Made by a program: the position numbers and the translations under genes | DNA from: an uncultured Clostridia bacterium | GTDB lineage: Bacteria > Bacillota > Clostridia > Christensenellales > UBA1242 | Assembly (NCBI GenBank): GCA_947649575.1 | Contig: CANSRZ010000002.1 | Coordinates: 68,049 to 132,048 of the forward strand | DNA: 64,000 nucleotides | Direction: 5' to 3' | In this document: positions 26,947-36,823 of the stretch, one piece after another | Numbering within the stretch: position 1 is the first letter of the stretch | Layout: every line of letters starts with the position of its first letter | The notes under the pieces: model-generated | What the model saw: only the letters and a program-made list of their open reading frames with translations | Told to the model about the DNA's origin: nothing | The model's database searches: none

Positions 26947-28821
26947 TTATTTTTCCTTTAAATGTTTTTTGACAAGCACGCTGAGGACGGCAATGTCGGC
27001 AGGGGATACACCTGAAACTCGTGAGGCTTGTCCGATGTTGAGCGGTTTGATTTCGGCTAGTTTTTCGGCTGCCTCATGACGAAGTCCGTGATATTTGAAA
27101 TAGTCAAAATCTTCTGGAATTTTGATTTTCTCGTTTTTGAGCGACTTTTCTATATCTTCCTGTTGCTGATTGAGATAGCCCTCATACTTTGTCATTATAT
27201 TCACTTCGCGAAGTGCGTCGCGTGAATAGCCATCAAATATTTTTAACAATTCATTTACTTTAAAAATATCGATATTAGAACGTTTTAACATGTCTTTGAT
27301 TGACACACTTTCTTTTGGCACACTTTCGCCGTTTTGTTCATAAAAAGCGTATACGGTATCAGATATTTTAACCCTTTGGGCTAATTTTTCTTTAATTTCT
27401 TCAATTTGTTTTAGCTTGTTTAGATAAATATTATATCGCTTTTCATCAACTAAGCCAACTTGTTTGCCAACTTCTGTCAAACGCAAATCGGCGTTATCTT
27501 GGCGAAGCAAAAGCCTATATTCTGCACGGCTTGTCATCATTCGATAAGGCTCATTTGTGCCTTTCGTGACAATATCATCAATAAGCACACCAATATAGCC
27601 ATCGCTACGTTTTAGCACAAGCTGAGGTTGATTTTTAAGATATAGATTTGCATTTATTCCTGCAATAATGCCTTGACCTGCTGCTTCCTCATAACCGCTT
27701 GTTCCATTGATTTGCCCAGCAAAGAACAAACCTTTATGTCCTTTAATCTCAAGAGTAGGGTTCAGCTGAGTTGGCTCTATGCAATCATATTCAATCGCAT
27801 AACTATCACGCATAATCTCAGCATTCTCAAGGCCTTTCAAAGAATGTACCATATCTTCTTGCACATCAACAGGCATTGATGTTGAAAAACCTTGAATGTA
27901 AATCTCATTTGTTTTCACACTTTCTGGCTCTAAGAACAACTGATGACGTTCTTTATCTGCAAAGCGAACAATCTTCGTTTCGATAGACGGGCAATAGCGT
28001 GGCCCAACTCCTTTAATAAGCCCTGAAAACACAGGCGCTTTATCAAGATTATCTTTGATAATTTGATGAGTCTTTAAGTTTGTGTAGGTTAGATAACAAG
28101 GAGTTTGATCAAGTTCTTTCTTATCCTTTTCATCAGTTATAAAAGAAAAGCTTTGAATATCTTTTTCACCCTCTTGAATTTCAAGTTGAGAGAAGTCTAT
28201 ACTTCTGCTGTTTACACGTGCCGGAGTGCCTGTCTTGAATCGCAAAAGTTTAATGCCAAGCCTCTTTAAACTATCTGACAACATTTGAGCATTGCTAAAT
28301 CCGTTTGGCCCAACATCTTTTGTGTAATCTCCAATAATAATTCTGCTTTTTAAATATACTCCTGTTGCAAGCACAACTGCCTTGGCTTTATATTCTATTC
28401 CGACAGCTGTCTTAACAATTTTTTCTTCTGTTACCTCATCGCAAATTATGTCAATAACCTCGCCTTGACGAAGATAAAGATTTGGAGTATTCTCTAGCGT
28501 CTTCTTCATTTCATTGTGATATTCTATTTTGTCAGCTTGTGCGCGAAGCGACTGAACAGCAGGTCCTTTGCCACTGTTAAGCATTCTGATTTGAAGCATT
28601 GTTTTATCAATATTAACACCCATTTCACCACCAAGAGCATCAACCTCGCTTACAAGTTGACCTTTGGCAGTTCCGCCAATAGACGGATTGCATGCCAAAA
28701 ACGCTACTGCATCCAAACTTAAAGTCAGCAGTAGAGTTTTATTTCCAGTTCGTGCAAGAGCAAGTGCTGCTTCACAGCCTGCATGTCCTGCGCCAATCAC
28801 AATCGCGTCAAATTCTTTCAC
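26947..28821 (-). CDS. mnmG: tRNA uridine 5-carboxymethylaminomethyl modification enzyme MnmG (GidA)
   Basis: 624 aa. FDAIVIGAGHAGCEAALA FAD motif, GQINGTSGYEEAAGQG. Confidence 0.96.
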   Translation of the reverse strand: MKEFDAIVIGAGHAGCEAALALARTGNKTLLLTLSLDAVAFLACNPSIGGTAKGQLVSEVDALGGEMGVNIDKTMLQIRMLNSGKGPAVQSLRAQADKIEYHNEMKKTLENTPNLYLRQGEVIDIICDEVTEEKIVKTAVGIEYKAKAVVLATGVYLKSRIIIGDYTKDVGPNGFSNAQMLSDSLKRLGIKLLRFKTGTPARVNSRSIDFSQLEIQEGEKDIQSFSFITDEKDKKELDQTPCYLTYTNLKTHQIIKDNLDKAPVFSGLIKGVGPRYCPSIETKIVRFADKERHQLFLEPESVKTNEIYIQGFSTSMPVDVQEDMVHSLKGLENAEIMRDSYAIEYDCIEPTQLNPTLEIKGHKGLFFAGQINGTSGYEEAAGQGIIAGINANLYLKNQPQLVLKRSDGYIGVLIDDIVTKGTNEPYRMMTSRAEYRLLLRQDNADLRLTEVGKQVGLVDEKRYNIYLNKLKQIEEIKEKLAQRVKISDTVYAFYEQNGESVPKESVSIKDMLKRSNIDIFKVNELLKIFDGYSRDALREVNIMTKYEGYLNQQQEDIEKSLKNEKIKIPEDFDYFKYHGLRHEAAEKLAEIKPLNIGQASRVSGVSPADIAVLSVLVKKHLKEK

Positions 28822-28926
28822 TTTTTATCCTTTTGTTTTTTACTCTTTGAATATTATACATCAAAACATTGCAAAATCAAAATCCTTTGATAGTTATTTA
28901 AATAAAAAACAAGAATGACTCTTGTT

Positions 28927-29508
28927 TTAATATAATTCTTTGCCTTGCACAGGAGCTTCAATAGGTTCTATCGGAGAGATTTTGTAAGGGAATTTGCCAA
29001 GTTTAACAATTTCTCCATTTTTAGGAATTTGAAGTTTTTTGTTATACAAAATTTTGCTTAAAGCAACGTAAGTGCCGCCATGAGCAACTATCAATATTTT
29101 AGATTTTTGAGGCAATTGCTTTAAATCATTATAAAAGCTTTTAACTCTGCCCATAAAATCTTCATCCCGTTCTCCGCCATAATATTCTGGATGTTTATAC
29201 ACTTCTTCTTTTACATGCGGATTTGCTTTTAATCTTTTGCCTGCCATATTGCCAAGATCAAGTTCGATTATTCTTTTGTCTACAATTAACGAGGTGAGTG
29301 GATGAAAAGAGCCAATAATTTCAGCAGTTCTTTTTGCTCGCACAAGAGGTGAGGTGAATATCTTGCTAAACACTTCTTGCTTCAAAAATTCGCCTGCCAA
29401 ACGTGCTTGAGCTTTGCCAACTTCATTCAAAGCCGTGTCAAGCTGTCCATGAACAAGTCCTTTTGCATTTAAATCTGTTTGCCCATGTCTAACAAAAAAC
29501 AATTCCAT
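28927..29508 (-). CDS. Histidine phosphatase family protein (phosphoglycerate mutase-like)
   Basis: 193 aa. FVRHGQTDLN (RHG motif), later VAHGG. Confidence 0.8.
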   Translation of the reverse strand: MELFFVRHGQTDLNAKGLVHGQLDTALNEVGKAQARLAGEFLKQEVFSKIFTSPLVRAKRTAEIIGSFHPLTSLIVDKRIIELDLGNMAGKRLKANPHVKEEVYKHPEYYGGERDEDFMGRVKSFYNDLKQLPQKSKILIVAHGGTYVALSKILYNKKLQIPKNGEIVKLGKFPYKISPIEPIEAPVQGKELY

Positions 29509-29522
29509 AAAAGCCTCCTTCT

Positions 29523-30863
29523 TTATTTTCCTAAACAGAACTTTGAAAAAATCAGATCAATAATTCTTTCGTTTTCGCTTTCGCCTGTGATTTTGCCAAG
29601 TTCATTCCATAAACTTTTTATTTGCATTGCAAGAATATCCATGCTTGCTTCAATACTTTCAAGAGCTTGGCTGATAATATTTTTGCAATTTTTTAGAATA
29701 GCAATCTGTCTTTCATTTGTGACAATAATGTTAGAAAAGTCTAATTCTTCTGCTATAACTTTATTATAAATCACTTCTTTTATTTTGTCAATATCCTTTT
29801 CTTGCAAAGCTGAAACTTTTATCTCGTTTGGCTGAGGCTGCAAAACTCGCTTTTTGTCAATTTTGTTGACAATTGTTATAAAGTTTTTGTTTTTTACAAG
29901 TTCCAAAATTTCTGTATCCTCAGACTGCAATTCTCTTGAAGCATCCAAGACAAACAAAACTATATCTGCACTATCTATGCTTTTTCGGCTTTTTTCAATG
30001 CCGATTTTTTCAACTTGGTCACAAGTTTGATTTCTTATTCCTGCAGTGTCTATAAAATTGTATTTCAAACCTTTAAACAAAGTTTGCTCTTCAATAATAT
30101 CGCGCGTCGTTCCTGCAATATCTGTAACAATAGCGCGTTCATTTCCAACAAGAGCATTCAAAATGCTGCTTTTGCCAACATTTGGCGCGCCCACAATTGC
30201 AATATTTATTCCTTTTTGAATATATCTTGCGTTTTCAGACGCTTTCAAAAATTCAGATATTTGACTACTGATAGAATGAAGCTTTTTAACTATTGCCTCT
30301 TTTGCGCTTTTTTCAAAATCTTCTTCAGGATAATCAAGAGTAGCTTCAATGCTTGCGATTTCTTCTGTTAATGAATTTTGCAATTCTTTAATTTTTATTT
30401 TAAGCTTGCCATCAGCCACATTCAATGACGCCTTTAACTCGCTTTCGCTTTCTGCATTGATTTCATCAACAATAGCTTCCGCCTCATCAAGAGTTATTTT
30501 TCCGTTTTCAAATGCGCGTTTAGAGAATTCTCCAGGCTCAGCCAAACCCCCTCCATTGTTTAACAAAACATCCAATACCTTTTGAGTTATAACGCTTCCG
30601 CCATGCACTTGAAACTCAATCATATCTTCGCCAGTGTATGAGTTTGGTGCTTTAAAATATACACATAAACATTTTTCAAAAAGATTGTCTTCAAGTTTAA
30701 AATTGCCAAGATATAAAAATCTAGGCTGAATATTGTTATCAATAAAAGCATTGCAAGAAAACACTTTTTTTGCAATATTTAAGCAGTCTTTTCCGCTCAT
30801 TCGAACTATTGAAATTGCACCTTTGCCAAGCGGAGTTGAAATTGAAGTTATTGTTTTTGTCAT
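29523..30863 (-). CDS. mnmE: tRNA modification GTPase MnmE (TrmE)
   Basis: Start moved to ATG 30863 (MTKTITSISTPLGKGAISIVRMSG). GAPNVGKSS, DTAGIR, C-terminal CLGK. Confidence 0.94.
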   Translation of the reverse strand: MTKTITSISTPLGKGAISIVRMSGKDCLNIAKKVFSCNAFIDNNIQPRFLYLGNFKLEDNLFEKCLCVYFKAPNSYTGEDMIEFQVHGGSVITQKVLDVLLNNGGGLAEPGEFSKRAFENGKITLDEAEAIVDEINAESESELKASLNVADGKLKIKIKELQNSLTEEIASIEATLDYPEEDFEKSAKEAIVKKLHSISSQISEFLKASENARYIQKGINIAIVGAPNVGKSSILNALVGNERAIVTDIAGTTRDIIEEQTLFKGLKYNFIDTAGIRNQTCDQVEKIGIEKSRKSIDSADIVLFVLDASRELQSEDTEILELVKNKNFITIVNKIDKKRVLQPQPNEIKVSALQEKDIDKIKEVIYNKVIAEELDFSNIIVTNERQIAILKNCKNIISQALESIEASMDILAMQIKSLWNELGKITGESENERIIDLIFSKFCLGK

Positions 30864-30995
30864 GACGATATTATAGCATAATGAAACACAAATTGCAAGA
30901 TAAAAACAAATTGATAAAAGTTTTATTTTTAATAAAATCAAACAAGTAATTATTGTTTTAAATTTTTATTTTAAATAATAAAAGTTAAAGTCAAA

Positions 30996-31086
30996 ATAAA
31001 AGCCTTTATTAACTTTTAAATAGTTAATAAAGGCTTTTATTTTTAGTTTTCTTTCTCTTCTTTTCTTTAAAAGAAAAGAAGAGAAA
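30996..31086 (-). repeat. Composite palindromic element copy f, directly after the jag stop
   Basis: Perfect 35-nt palindrome TTTCTCTTCTTTTCTTTAAAAGAAAAGAAGAGAAA at 31052-31086, 4 nt after the stop. Terminator stem ATAAAAGCCTTTATTAAC/GTTAATAAAGGCTTTTAT at 30996-31040. Confidence 0.8.
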
Positions 31087-31089
31087 ATT

Positions 31090-31920
31090 CTATCTATCTT
31101 TATATTCTTTTGGAAAAACTATTACATATCTATGAGGCTCTGTGCCTTTTGACAAAGTTGTAACTCTATCGTCATCTTGAAGGGCTGTGTGAATAATTCG
31201 TCTCTCAGCTGGCTTCATTGGCTCAAGCTTATAATATCTTCCGCTTTTTGCAACTTTGCTTGCAATGCGCTTTGCAGTTGCTGTCAAACTTTCTTCACGT
31301 TTAACACGATAGTTGTCAATATCAAGCAAAAATCTCTTTTCTTGTCTGCCAGTAACTGCTTGGAAAATGTTTGTAAGCGCATAATAAGCTTCTCCTCTGT
31401 GACCAATTGCTTCGCCAAGATCGTCGCCAATAACTGAAAAAGTTTTGAACTTTTCATCTTCTTCAACAGAAATTTGAACTTCTTTGCCAAGCGCTTTAAA
31501 ATAACCTGTCAAGAATTCGATTGGATCTAAAACTTTTTCTTCTTTTGATTTAGAATATTTTTCTTTATTGGTTTCTTTTTTAATTTCTTTACTTTCTTGT
31601 TTAATCTCTTCAGATTCTTTTAAGATTTCTTGACTTTCCTGTTTTATTTCAGTAGTATCTTTTTCAATCTCTTCGCTTTCTTTTTTAATTTTTGCTTTTT
31701 CTGCTAAAATTTCTTCTTTTTCTTCCTGTCTAAAACTTTTTCGTTTCTCATATTTTTCTTTAGCGTCTTCAGAAATAGAAACCAATACTTTTGCTTTTTT
31801 AAAAAGTCCGCCTTCACTTAAAATTTTTATATCAACGTCTTCTCTTGGTGCTTTAAGTTCAAGCAGTGCATTTTCGATTGCTTTTTCTATTGTTTTTCCA
31901 GTGCTTTCAACTGATAACAT
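31090..31920 (-). CDS. khpB: RNA-binding protein Jag/KhpB (Jag_N, KH, R3H)
   Basis: Start moved to ATG 31920 (MLSVESTGKTIEKAIENAL). E/K-rich linker. C-terminal R3H ERRIIHTALQDD. Confidence 0.88.
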   Translation of the reverse strand: MLSVESTGKTIEKAIENALLELKAPREDVDIKILSEGGLFKKAKVLVSISEDAKEKYEKRKSFRQEEKEEILAEKAKIKKESEEIEKDTTEIKQESQEILKESEEIKQESKEIKKETNKEKYSKSKEEKVLDPIEFLTGYFKALGKEVQISVEEDEKFKTFSVIGDDLGEAIGHRGEAYYALTNIFQAVTGRQEKRFLLDIDNYRVKREESLTATAKRIASKVAKSGRYYKLEPMKPAERRIIHTALQDDDRVTTLSKGTEPHRYVIVFPKEYKDR

Positions 31921-31936
31921 TTTATCCCCCTTAAGT

Positions 31937-33265
31937 TTATTGTTTTCTTCTGTAATCCATTGTATTCGTATTTTTTTGTGCTTCTTTCTTTTCAGCATTT
32001 GCTTCAAGCTTATTCACAATCAAATCTTGAAGTGGAAGCAGTGCAGTGCTGATAAGCTGACTTGCCAACATATAGATTGAGAAAACTGCGTTATAGAATA
32101 TTGCAAATATTCCCATGATTAAAGGCATAACAATTTGCATAATTCTGCCTTGTGCTTTTGAAGGTGTTTTACCTTTCTTTTTAAGATTTCTTCTCATCAA
32201 GAATTGTGATAACCATGATGATAAGAATGATACTGCAATGATAAGGACTGGCAATATAAAATATCCATTTACTTTGCCTTGTGATTCTTTAAGCTTAGGC
32301 ATGAAAGAATTATATATTTCTTTTTCGCCAAGTTCAATATTGTTTTTGCGAACCATTCCCTCAAACTGCTCATAAGTGAACATTGAAGATTTCAATGGAC
32401 TGTCTGCAATCCAAATATTTTTAATCCATAAAAAACTTTCTTGATTTGCTTTATAAGTGTTTTCGATAAGTGGCATAGCGGTTTGCACAACACTTCCTAA
32501 AAGAGTAACTTTTTCAACACTAACAACTCCATCTTCGTCAACAACTTCTTTTTCAGAAATAATTTGTTCTTCAAAGCTTTTTCTGATAATGTTGATAACA
32601 TCGTTAGCTCTTTGCACATCATTTTCAACAGTTATATCAATTTCGTCTTTGGCTTTAAAATCTTCAAGCGTTAAATATTTTTCATAAGTGATAGCTTCTT
32701 GACTTTCCTTTTCAAAAAGGCCAATCATTTTATCTTCACCATTCATGTAAACTCTAAATTCAAGGTCTTTGCCATCATTTACAGCATTTTTATATACTTC
32801 AACATGCTCGTTAACAACATTTAAACAGTTTGCATAGTCTTCTTTCAAAAAATCATAATTTTCATAAATTTTATAGTTTGAAATTTTGTTTAATCCTGAA
32901 AATAATGTGAAGAAAACAACCAAGTTTAAAATCATAAACACGGCCATAAATCCGCAACTGCCAGCCATGTTGTAATTATGTTTTTTATAAATTTCGTTTG
33001 TTTTCTGGTTTAAAAGTTGCCTGTCATTGCCATATTTTGCTTGAATTTTTTCAAGTTCAGGCTTCATTTTTTCTTGCATTGCTGTGTTCTTGCTGGTGAT
33101 GCGCCTATTGTAAGTATCAAGAGGTGACCAAATAAGTCTGATAATAACAGTAATCAAAACAACTGCCCAGATGTAGTTGTTTGTAAAACTGTCAAAAGCC
33201 CAAATGATACTTTCCCACATTCCAGCAGGTTTAACAACAGAAAGAAGTGTGCTTAAAATAGCCAT
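31937..33265 (-). CDS. yidC: Membrane protein insertase YidC/Oxa1 family (long form)
   Basis: 442 aa. Multiple TM segments, conserved context rnpA-yidD-yidC-jag, basic C-terminus. Confidence 0.88.
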   Translation of the reverse strand: MAILSTLLSVVKPAGMWESIIWAFDSFTNNYIWAVVLITVIIRLIWSPLDTYNRRITSKNTAMQEKMKPELEKIQAKYGNDRQLLNQKTNEIYKKHNYNMAGSCGFMAVFMILNLVVFFTLFSGLNKISNYKIYENYDFLKEDYANCLNVVNEHVEVYKNAVNDGKDLEFRVYMNGEDKMIGLFEKESQEAITYEKYLTLEDFKAKDEIDITVENDVQRANDVINIIRKSFEEQIISEKEVVDEDGVVSVEKVTLLGSVVQTAMPLIENTYKANQESFLWIKNIWIADSPLKSSMFTYEQFEGMVRKNNIELGEKEIYNSFMPKLKESQGKVNGYFILPVLIIAVSFLSSWLSQFLMRRNLKKKGKTPSKAQGRIMQIVMPLIMGIFAIFYNAVFSIYMLASQLISTALLPLQDLIVNKLEANAEKKEAQKNTNTMDYRRKQ

Positions 33266-33525
33266 TTACTTTCTCCTTTTAAATTAATTGGCAGAAAATC
33301 ATAACCTGACTGACCATTAGGCTTACATCTTGCAATTCTCTTTAATCCTAAAACGCTTCCTTTAAAAATCCCAAACTCGCCAACTGCTTTAATAAAATAA
33401 TTGGAACAGCTTGGAACAAATCGACAAGTGTGAGGAAGCAGTGGTGAAATACAAAATTTGTAAATCCACACTGGAATAAGCAAAAGAACTTTAAACGGAA
33501 ATATAATTATTTTAAAAAATTTCAT
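33253..33525 (-). CDS. yidD: Membrane protein insertion efficiency factor YidD
   Basis: 90 aa. YKFCISPLLPHTCRFVPSCSNYFIKAV...GLKRIARCKP. Confidence 0.9.
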   Translation of the reverse strand: MKFFKIIIFPFKVLLLIPVWIYKFCISPLLPHTCRFVPSCSNYFIKAVGEFGIFKGSVLGLKRIARCKPNGQSGYDFLPINLKGESKWLF

Positions 33526-33536
33526 AATTTTCTCTT

Positions 33537-33899
33537 TCAGTCAGAATTTGCTTTGTTAAAAACATATTCAACTTGCTTTTTAAGGTCTGAAAATTCAAGT
33601 TCAGCAGTTCCCTCTCTTGCCAGCAAAACATAATTTTTGTAAGGCTTAACAAAATCGCCATTTCTAACAATTTCTCTAAGCCTGCGTTTTAACAAATTTC
33701 TTTTATTAGCCTTGCCGTGCTTTTTTGAGATAGAATATCCAATTTTATAACTTTGGAACTTACTGTTAACCTCATAAAGAGTAAAATATTTGCTTGATGT
33801 TCTTTTGCCTTTGCGATAAATGTAAGCAAAGTGCTTTCTTAGTTTTAGTCTGTGGTCAGGTTTCTTTTGTTTTTTAAGCAGAGAGTTTCTTTCTTCCAC
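33537..33899 (-). CDS. rnpA: Ribonuclease P protein component
   Basis: About 115-120 aa. ..[17 protein letters not shown].. and [14 protein letters not shown] (RNR-type motif). There is no ATG in frame. A GTG at 33899 would overlap rpmH by 26 nt, so the start is uncertain. Confidence 0.85.
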   Translation of the reverse strand: MEERNSLLKKQKKPDHRLKLRKHFAYIYRKGKRTSSKYFTLYEVNSKFQSYKIGYSISKKHGKANKRNLLKRRLREIVRNGDFVKPYKNYVLLAREGTAELEFSDLKKQVEYVFNKANSD

Positions 33900-34008
33900 G
33901 ATTTCTTCTTCTTTTTAAAACATTTCTTCCACCAGTAGAACGCATTCTTTCTCTAAATCCGTGAACTTTGCTTCTTTGTCTTTTCTTAGGTTGGTATGTT
34001 CTTTTCAT
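33874..34008 (-). CDS. rpmH: 50S ribosomal protein L34
   Basis: Below the ORF-track size cutoff. Manual translation gives [54 protein letters not shown] upstream. Confidence 0.95.
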   Translation of the reverse strand: MKRTYQPKKRQRSKVHGFRERMRSTGGRNVLKRRRNRGRKKLSA

Positions 34009-34123
34009 GTTCTTCTCCTTGTTTAGTCAAATTCTTTTTTTAACGAGGTTTTCAATAGTTTGTAATAAGTGAATAAGGAAAACCAAACATGCATACTCTC
34101 AATTAAAAAAAGTTTACGGGATA

Positions 34124-34152
34124 ATTATAAATTAAAAAATCTAATTTGTCAA
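34124..34152 (-). promoter_or_regulatory. Consensus promoter for rpmH-rnpA
   Basis: Minus strand reads TTGACA (34152-34147), 17 nt, TATAAT (34129-34124). Confidence 0.7.
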
Positions 34153-34307
34153 CCACAATCAGCAAACTAATAATAAAATATTTTTTAAGTTGTGCAATTA
34201 TTTTTCTAATAAGCCATAGTTTTTGTCTATTTATGTCGCTAAATAAAAATAACTCTTGCAAAATTTGCTAAGTTTTGATATAATAAAATTGTAACTTAGG
34301 AGGTTTT

Positions 34308-34841
34308 ATGAGTATTACACAAGTAACAGGCAATAAAGTGTATTTTGCAAAACTTAAAGAAAATGCAATTATTCCTAGCAAAGCAGAAGAAAATGCTGGC
34401 TATGATATTTATGCTTGCTTTGACGAAGATTTTATTTTGCTTAAAAAATTTCAAACAAAACTTATTCCAACTGGAATAGCATGGGCTTCTAGTAAAGAAT
34501 ATTATATGCAATTCTATGAACGTTCTTCAACAGGTTCAAAAGGAATAAAGGCTAGTGCAGGAGTTATTGACAGCAGTTATCGTGGAGAATTTAAAGTTGC
34601 AATATTTAATGCAACATGTAAAAATTTGATATTTACTTATCTAGACAATCCACAACTTTTTGAAAAATATAAAGAATTTGCAAACGAAGACGAGTATTTA
34701 ATATATAATTGCAAAAAAGCAATTGTTCAAGGAGTTATTCACAAAGTTAACAAAATGGACGTAGCAGAAATTTCTTATGATGAATTAATGAACATTTCTT
34801 CAGAACGCGGAGCAGGCGGCTGGGGCAGTTCAGGTAAATAA
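34308..34841 (+). CDS. dut: dUTP diphosphatase
   Basis: 177 aa. AGYDIYA, AGVIDSSYRGE, C-terminal ERGAGGWGSSG. TTGCAA-17-TATAAT promoter plus AGGAGG RBS upstream. Confidence 0.88.
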   Translation: MSITQVTGNKVYFAKLKENAIIPSKAEENAGYDIYACFDEDFILLKKFQTKLIPTGIAWASSKEYYMQFYERSSTGSKGIKASAGVIDSSYRGEFKVAIFNATCKNLIFTYLDNPQLFEKYKEFANEDEYLIYNCKKAIVQGVIHKVNKMDVAEISYDELMNISSERGAGGWGSSGK

Positions 34842-34907
34842 ATAGGTGGCAAACGCCACTTTTTTATATCTAACAATTTTTATAAAAATAAAAAATAGAG
34901 CAATGTT

Positions 34908-35366
34908 TTATTGCTCTATTGGTTTTTCAAGTGATTGTTCCACTTTTTTATAAGTTTCATTATAATAATCAAGCACAGTTTCAATATCATTGCCTGATAA
35001 AAGATTTATTGAAAGTATGTTTTTAGTTGCTCCACCTTCCATTTTTATAGGATGAATTTTACCAATTAAAACATGAATAGTGCAAACTTGAGGACATAAG
35101 CCAATTGTTTCACTTGGAATATATTTTTCGCAAAGAGTATTTATAAATATTTTGCAAAAATCTAGATAATCTATACCTTCCAAATGAATAGCTAAGTCAC
35201 TATCAGATAAAGTCATTGCTGGTGAAAATTTTGCTTTACCATTATGATTTAAAAGATAAACCTGAGAAAACTTGTTTCTATAATCATCACTTGCTAAATG
35301 TTCCTCTATCTTTTGAAGTAATTCATCAATTTTTTCTTTTATTATTAATTCTTGTTTATTTTCCAT
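34908..35366 (-). CDS. Hypothetical protein (predicted leaderless mRNA)
   Basis: 152 aa from ATG 35366. No SD sequence. A consensus promoter ends 6 nt upstream of the ATG. Confidence 0.55.
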   Translation of the reverse strand: MENKQELIIKEKIDELLQKIEEHLASDDYRNKFSQVYLLNHNGKAKFSPAMTLSDSDLAIHLEGIDYLDFCKIFINTLCEKYIPSETIGLCPQVCTIHVLIGKIHPIKMEGGATKNILSINLLSGNDIETVLDYYNETYKKVEQSLEKPIEQ

Positions 35367-35372
35367 AGAAAA

Positions 35373-35401
35373 ATTATAACACATAAATTTAATATTGTCA
35401 A
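35373..35401 (-). promoter_or_regulatory. Extended -10 consensus promoter placed for leaderless transcription
   Basis: Minus strand reads TTGACA (35401-35396), 17 nt ending TGT, TATAAT (35378-35373), then TTTTCT, then ATG. Confidence 0.65.
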
Positions 35402-35516
35402 TCATTAATTTAAAAATTTCTCTCTACAGTGAAAATAAAAGGTTATAGCGATTTTGCAGCCAGATTCTGCGTGATTATTTTTCTTTTATAATTTTAATTA
35501 AAATAAATAAAAAGTT

Positions 35517-35603
35517 AACAAAAGCCTTTTTGATTTTAATAATAAAATTCAAAAAGGCTTTTGTTTAGTTTTCTTTTGCTTCTTTTCTTTAAAAGAAAAG
35601 AAG
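35517..35603 (-). repeat. Composite palindromic element copy g, directly after the dnaN stop
   Basis: P1 is CTTCTTTTCTTTAAAAGAAAAGAAG at 35579-35603, 5 nt after the stop. Linker GTTTTCTTTTG at 35568-35578. Terminator stem AACAAAAGCCTTTTTGA/TTCAAAAAGGCTTTTGTT at 35517-35565. Confidence 0.8.
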
Positions 35604-35607
35604 TTAA

Positions 35608-36708
35608 TTACCCAATCACACGAACTGGTAAAATGAGATATAAGAATTCGTCCTCTTCGGTTGGCACAATAACACATGGAGTTGATGATTTGTTAAAGCA
35701 AACTTTTACAAACTCATTAGAGTTAACTCTCAAACTTTCCAAGAAATAACGTGGATTGAAAGAGATAATAAGATCCTTGCCTGTCACTGTAACTGGAATG
35801 TTTTCTTTGATATTTCCAAGTTCAGAATTTGAAGTTATGCAAAGATTGTTTTCTTTGATATCAAACTTAACAAAGTTATTTTGTGAAGCTTTTGAAAGAA
35901 GAGTAGCTCTTTCAAGTGCTTCTTGGAATTGCTCTGTATTTAAAATAACAAAAGTCTCATAGTTCACAGGAATGATTTGCTTATAATTGATATAATCACC
36001 CTCCAAAAGACGAGAAGTTACTTTTGTATCTCCAAGGTCAATCATGATAGTGTAGTCATCGATGTAAATGTTGATAATTTCATCATTTTCGTCGATAAGT
36101 TTAGAAATTTCATTCAAACTTCTTGATGGAATAACGATAGACTTCTTGATTGAAGAAGTTATATGTTTTTTAACGCGGGCAAGACGATAACCATCAAGCG
36201 CAACAACATTAAGCTCTTTGTTGTCAATATCAAACAAAACGCCTTTCAAGATTGGACGAGAATCATCCACAGCAACAGAAAAAATACATTTGCTTACAGC
36301 AGATTTAAAATCTTTTTTAGAAATTCCAAAAAATTCTTCTGTTTTAACTTTTTTAAATCCTGGATATTCAACAGGGTTGTAGCATTGAATAACACTTTCG
36401 CTGTCTTCATAACGAATTGTCAATTGATTTTTGTCATTAACTTCAAGTTCAATTTGGCTGTTTGTAAGATTTTTAACAAACTCTGTAATAAATCTTCCAG
36501 GAACAACAGTTTCACCCTCAACTTTTACTTCCGCTTTAATTTTCTTTTCAATTGAAAGTTCAGTATCAGTGGCAGACATAGTCAATGTGCCATCTTCAGC
36601 AATAATTTTGATACCCTCAAGAATTGGATTTGTGATTTTGTTTGAAATAGCTTTGCTTACTTTTATGAAAGCATCTGAAAGTTCTAATCCTTGGCAACTG
36701 ATTAACAT
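35608..36708 (-). CDS. dnaN: DNA polymerase III beta sliding clamp
   Basis: 366 aa from ATG 36708 (GGAG 8 nt upstream). Typical three-domain clamp sequence ending ..YLILPVRV. Confidence 0.94.
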   Translation of the reverse strand: MLISCQGLELSDAFIKVSKAISNKITNPILEGIKIIAEDGTLTMSATDTELSIEKKIKAEVKVEGETVVPGRFITEFVKNLTNSQIELEVNDKNQLTIRYEDSESVIQCYNPVEYPGFKKVKTEEFFGISKKDFKSAVSKCIFSVAVDDSRPILKGVLFDIDNKELNVVALDGYRLARVKKHITSSIKKSIVIPSRSLNEISKLIDENDEIINIYIDDYTIMIDLGDTKVTSRLLEGDYINYKQIIPVNYETFVILNTEQFQEALERATLLSKASQNNFVKFDIKENNLCITSNSELGNIKENIPVTVTGKDLIISFNPRYFLESLRVNSNEFVKVCFNKSSTPCVIVPTEEDEFLYLILPVRVIG

Positions 36709-36823
36709 AAATTTATCTCCTATCAAAATTTTTTTGTTTTGTTATGAGATTATTATAGCACACTTTTTGAAGAAAGGCAAGCATATTTAAACAGAGTTTT
36801 CACACTTTTTTGAAAGCTTTTTT

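Noticed and set aside
28927-29508. Histidine phosphatase gene between mnmE and mnmG, considered as cobC or gpmB
   Set aside because: Only the generic RHG/H motifs are visible, and no cobalamin or glycolytic context exists. It is kept as a family-level call, and the insertion into the mnmE-mnmG pair is noted but unremarkable.
31540-31720. Imperfect tandem repeats in DNA within jag
   Set aside because: They encode the E/K-rich linker (ESEEIK-type) of Jag/KhpB. This is coding low complexity, not a regulatory or CRISPR-like repeat.
33874-33899. Apparent 26-nt overlap of rnpA with rpmH
   Set aside because: This is most likely an artefact of taking the furthest GTG. rnpA has no in-frame ATG and probably starts at a downstream non-ATG codon. 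It is an annotation ambiguity, not a biological oddity.
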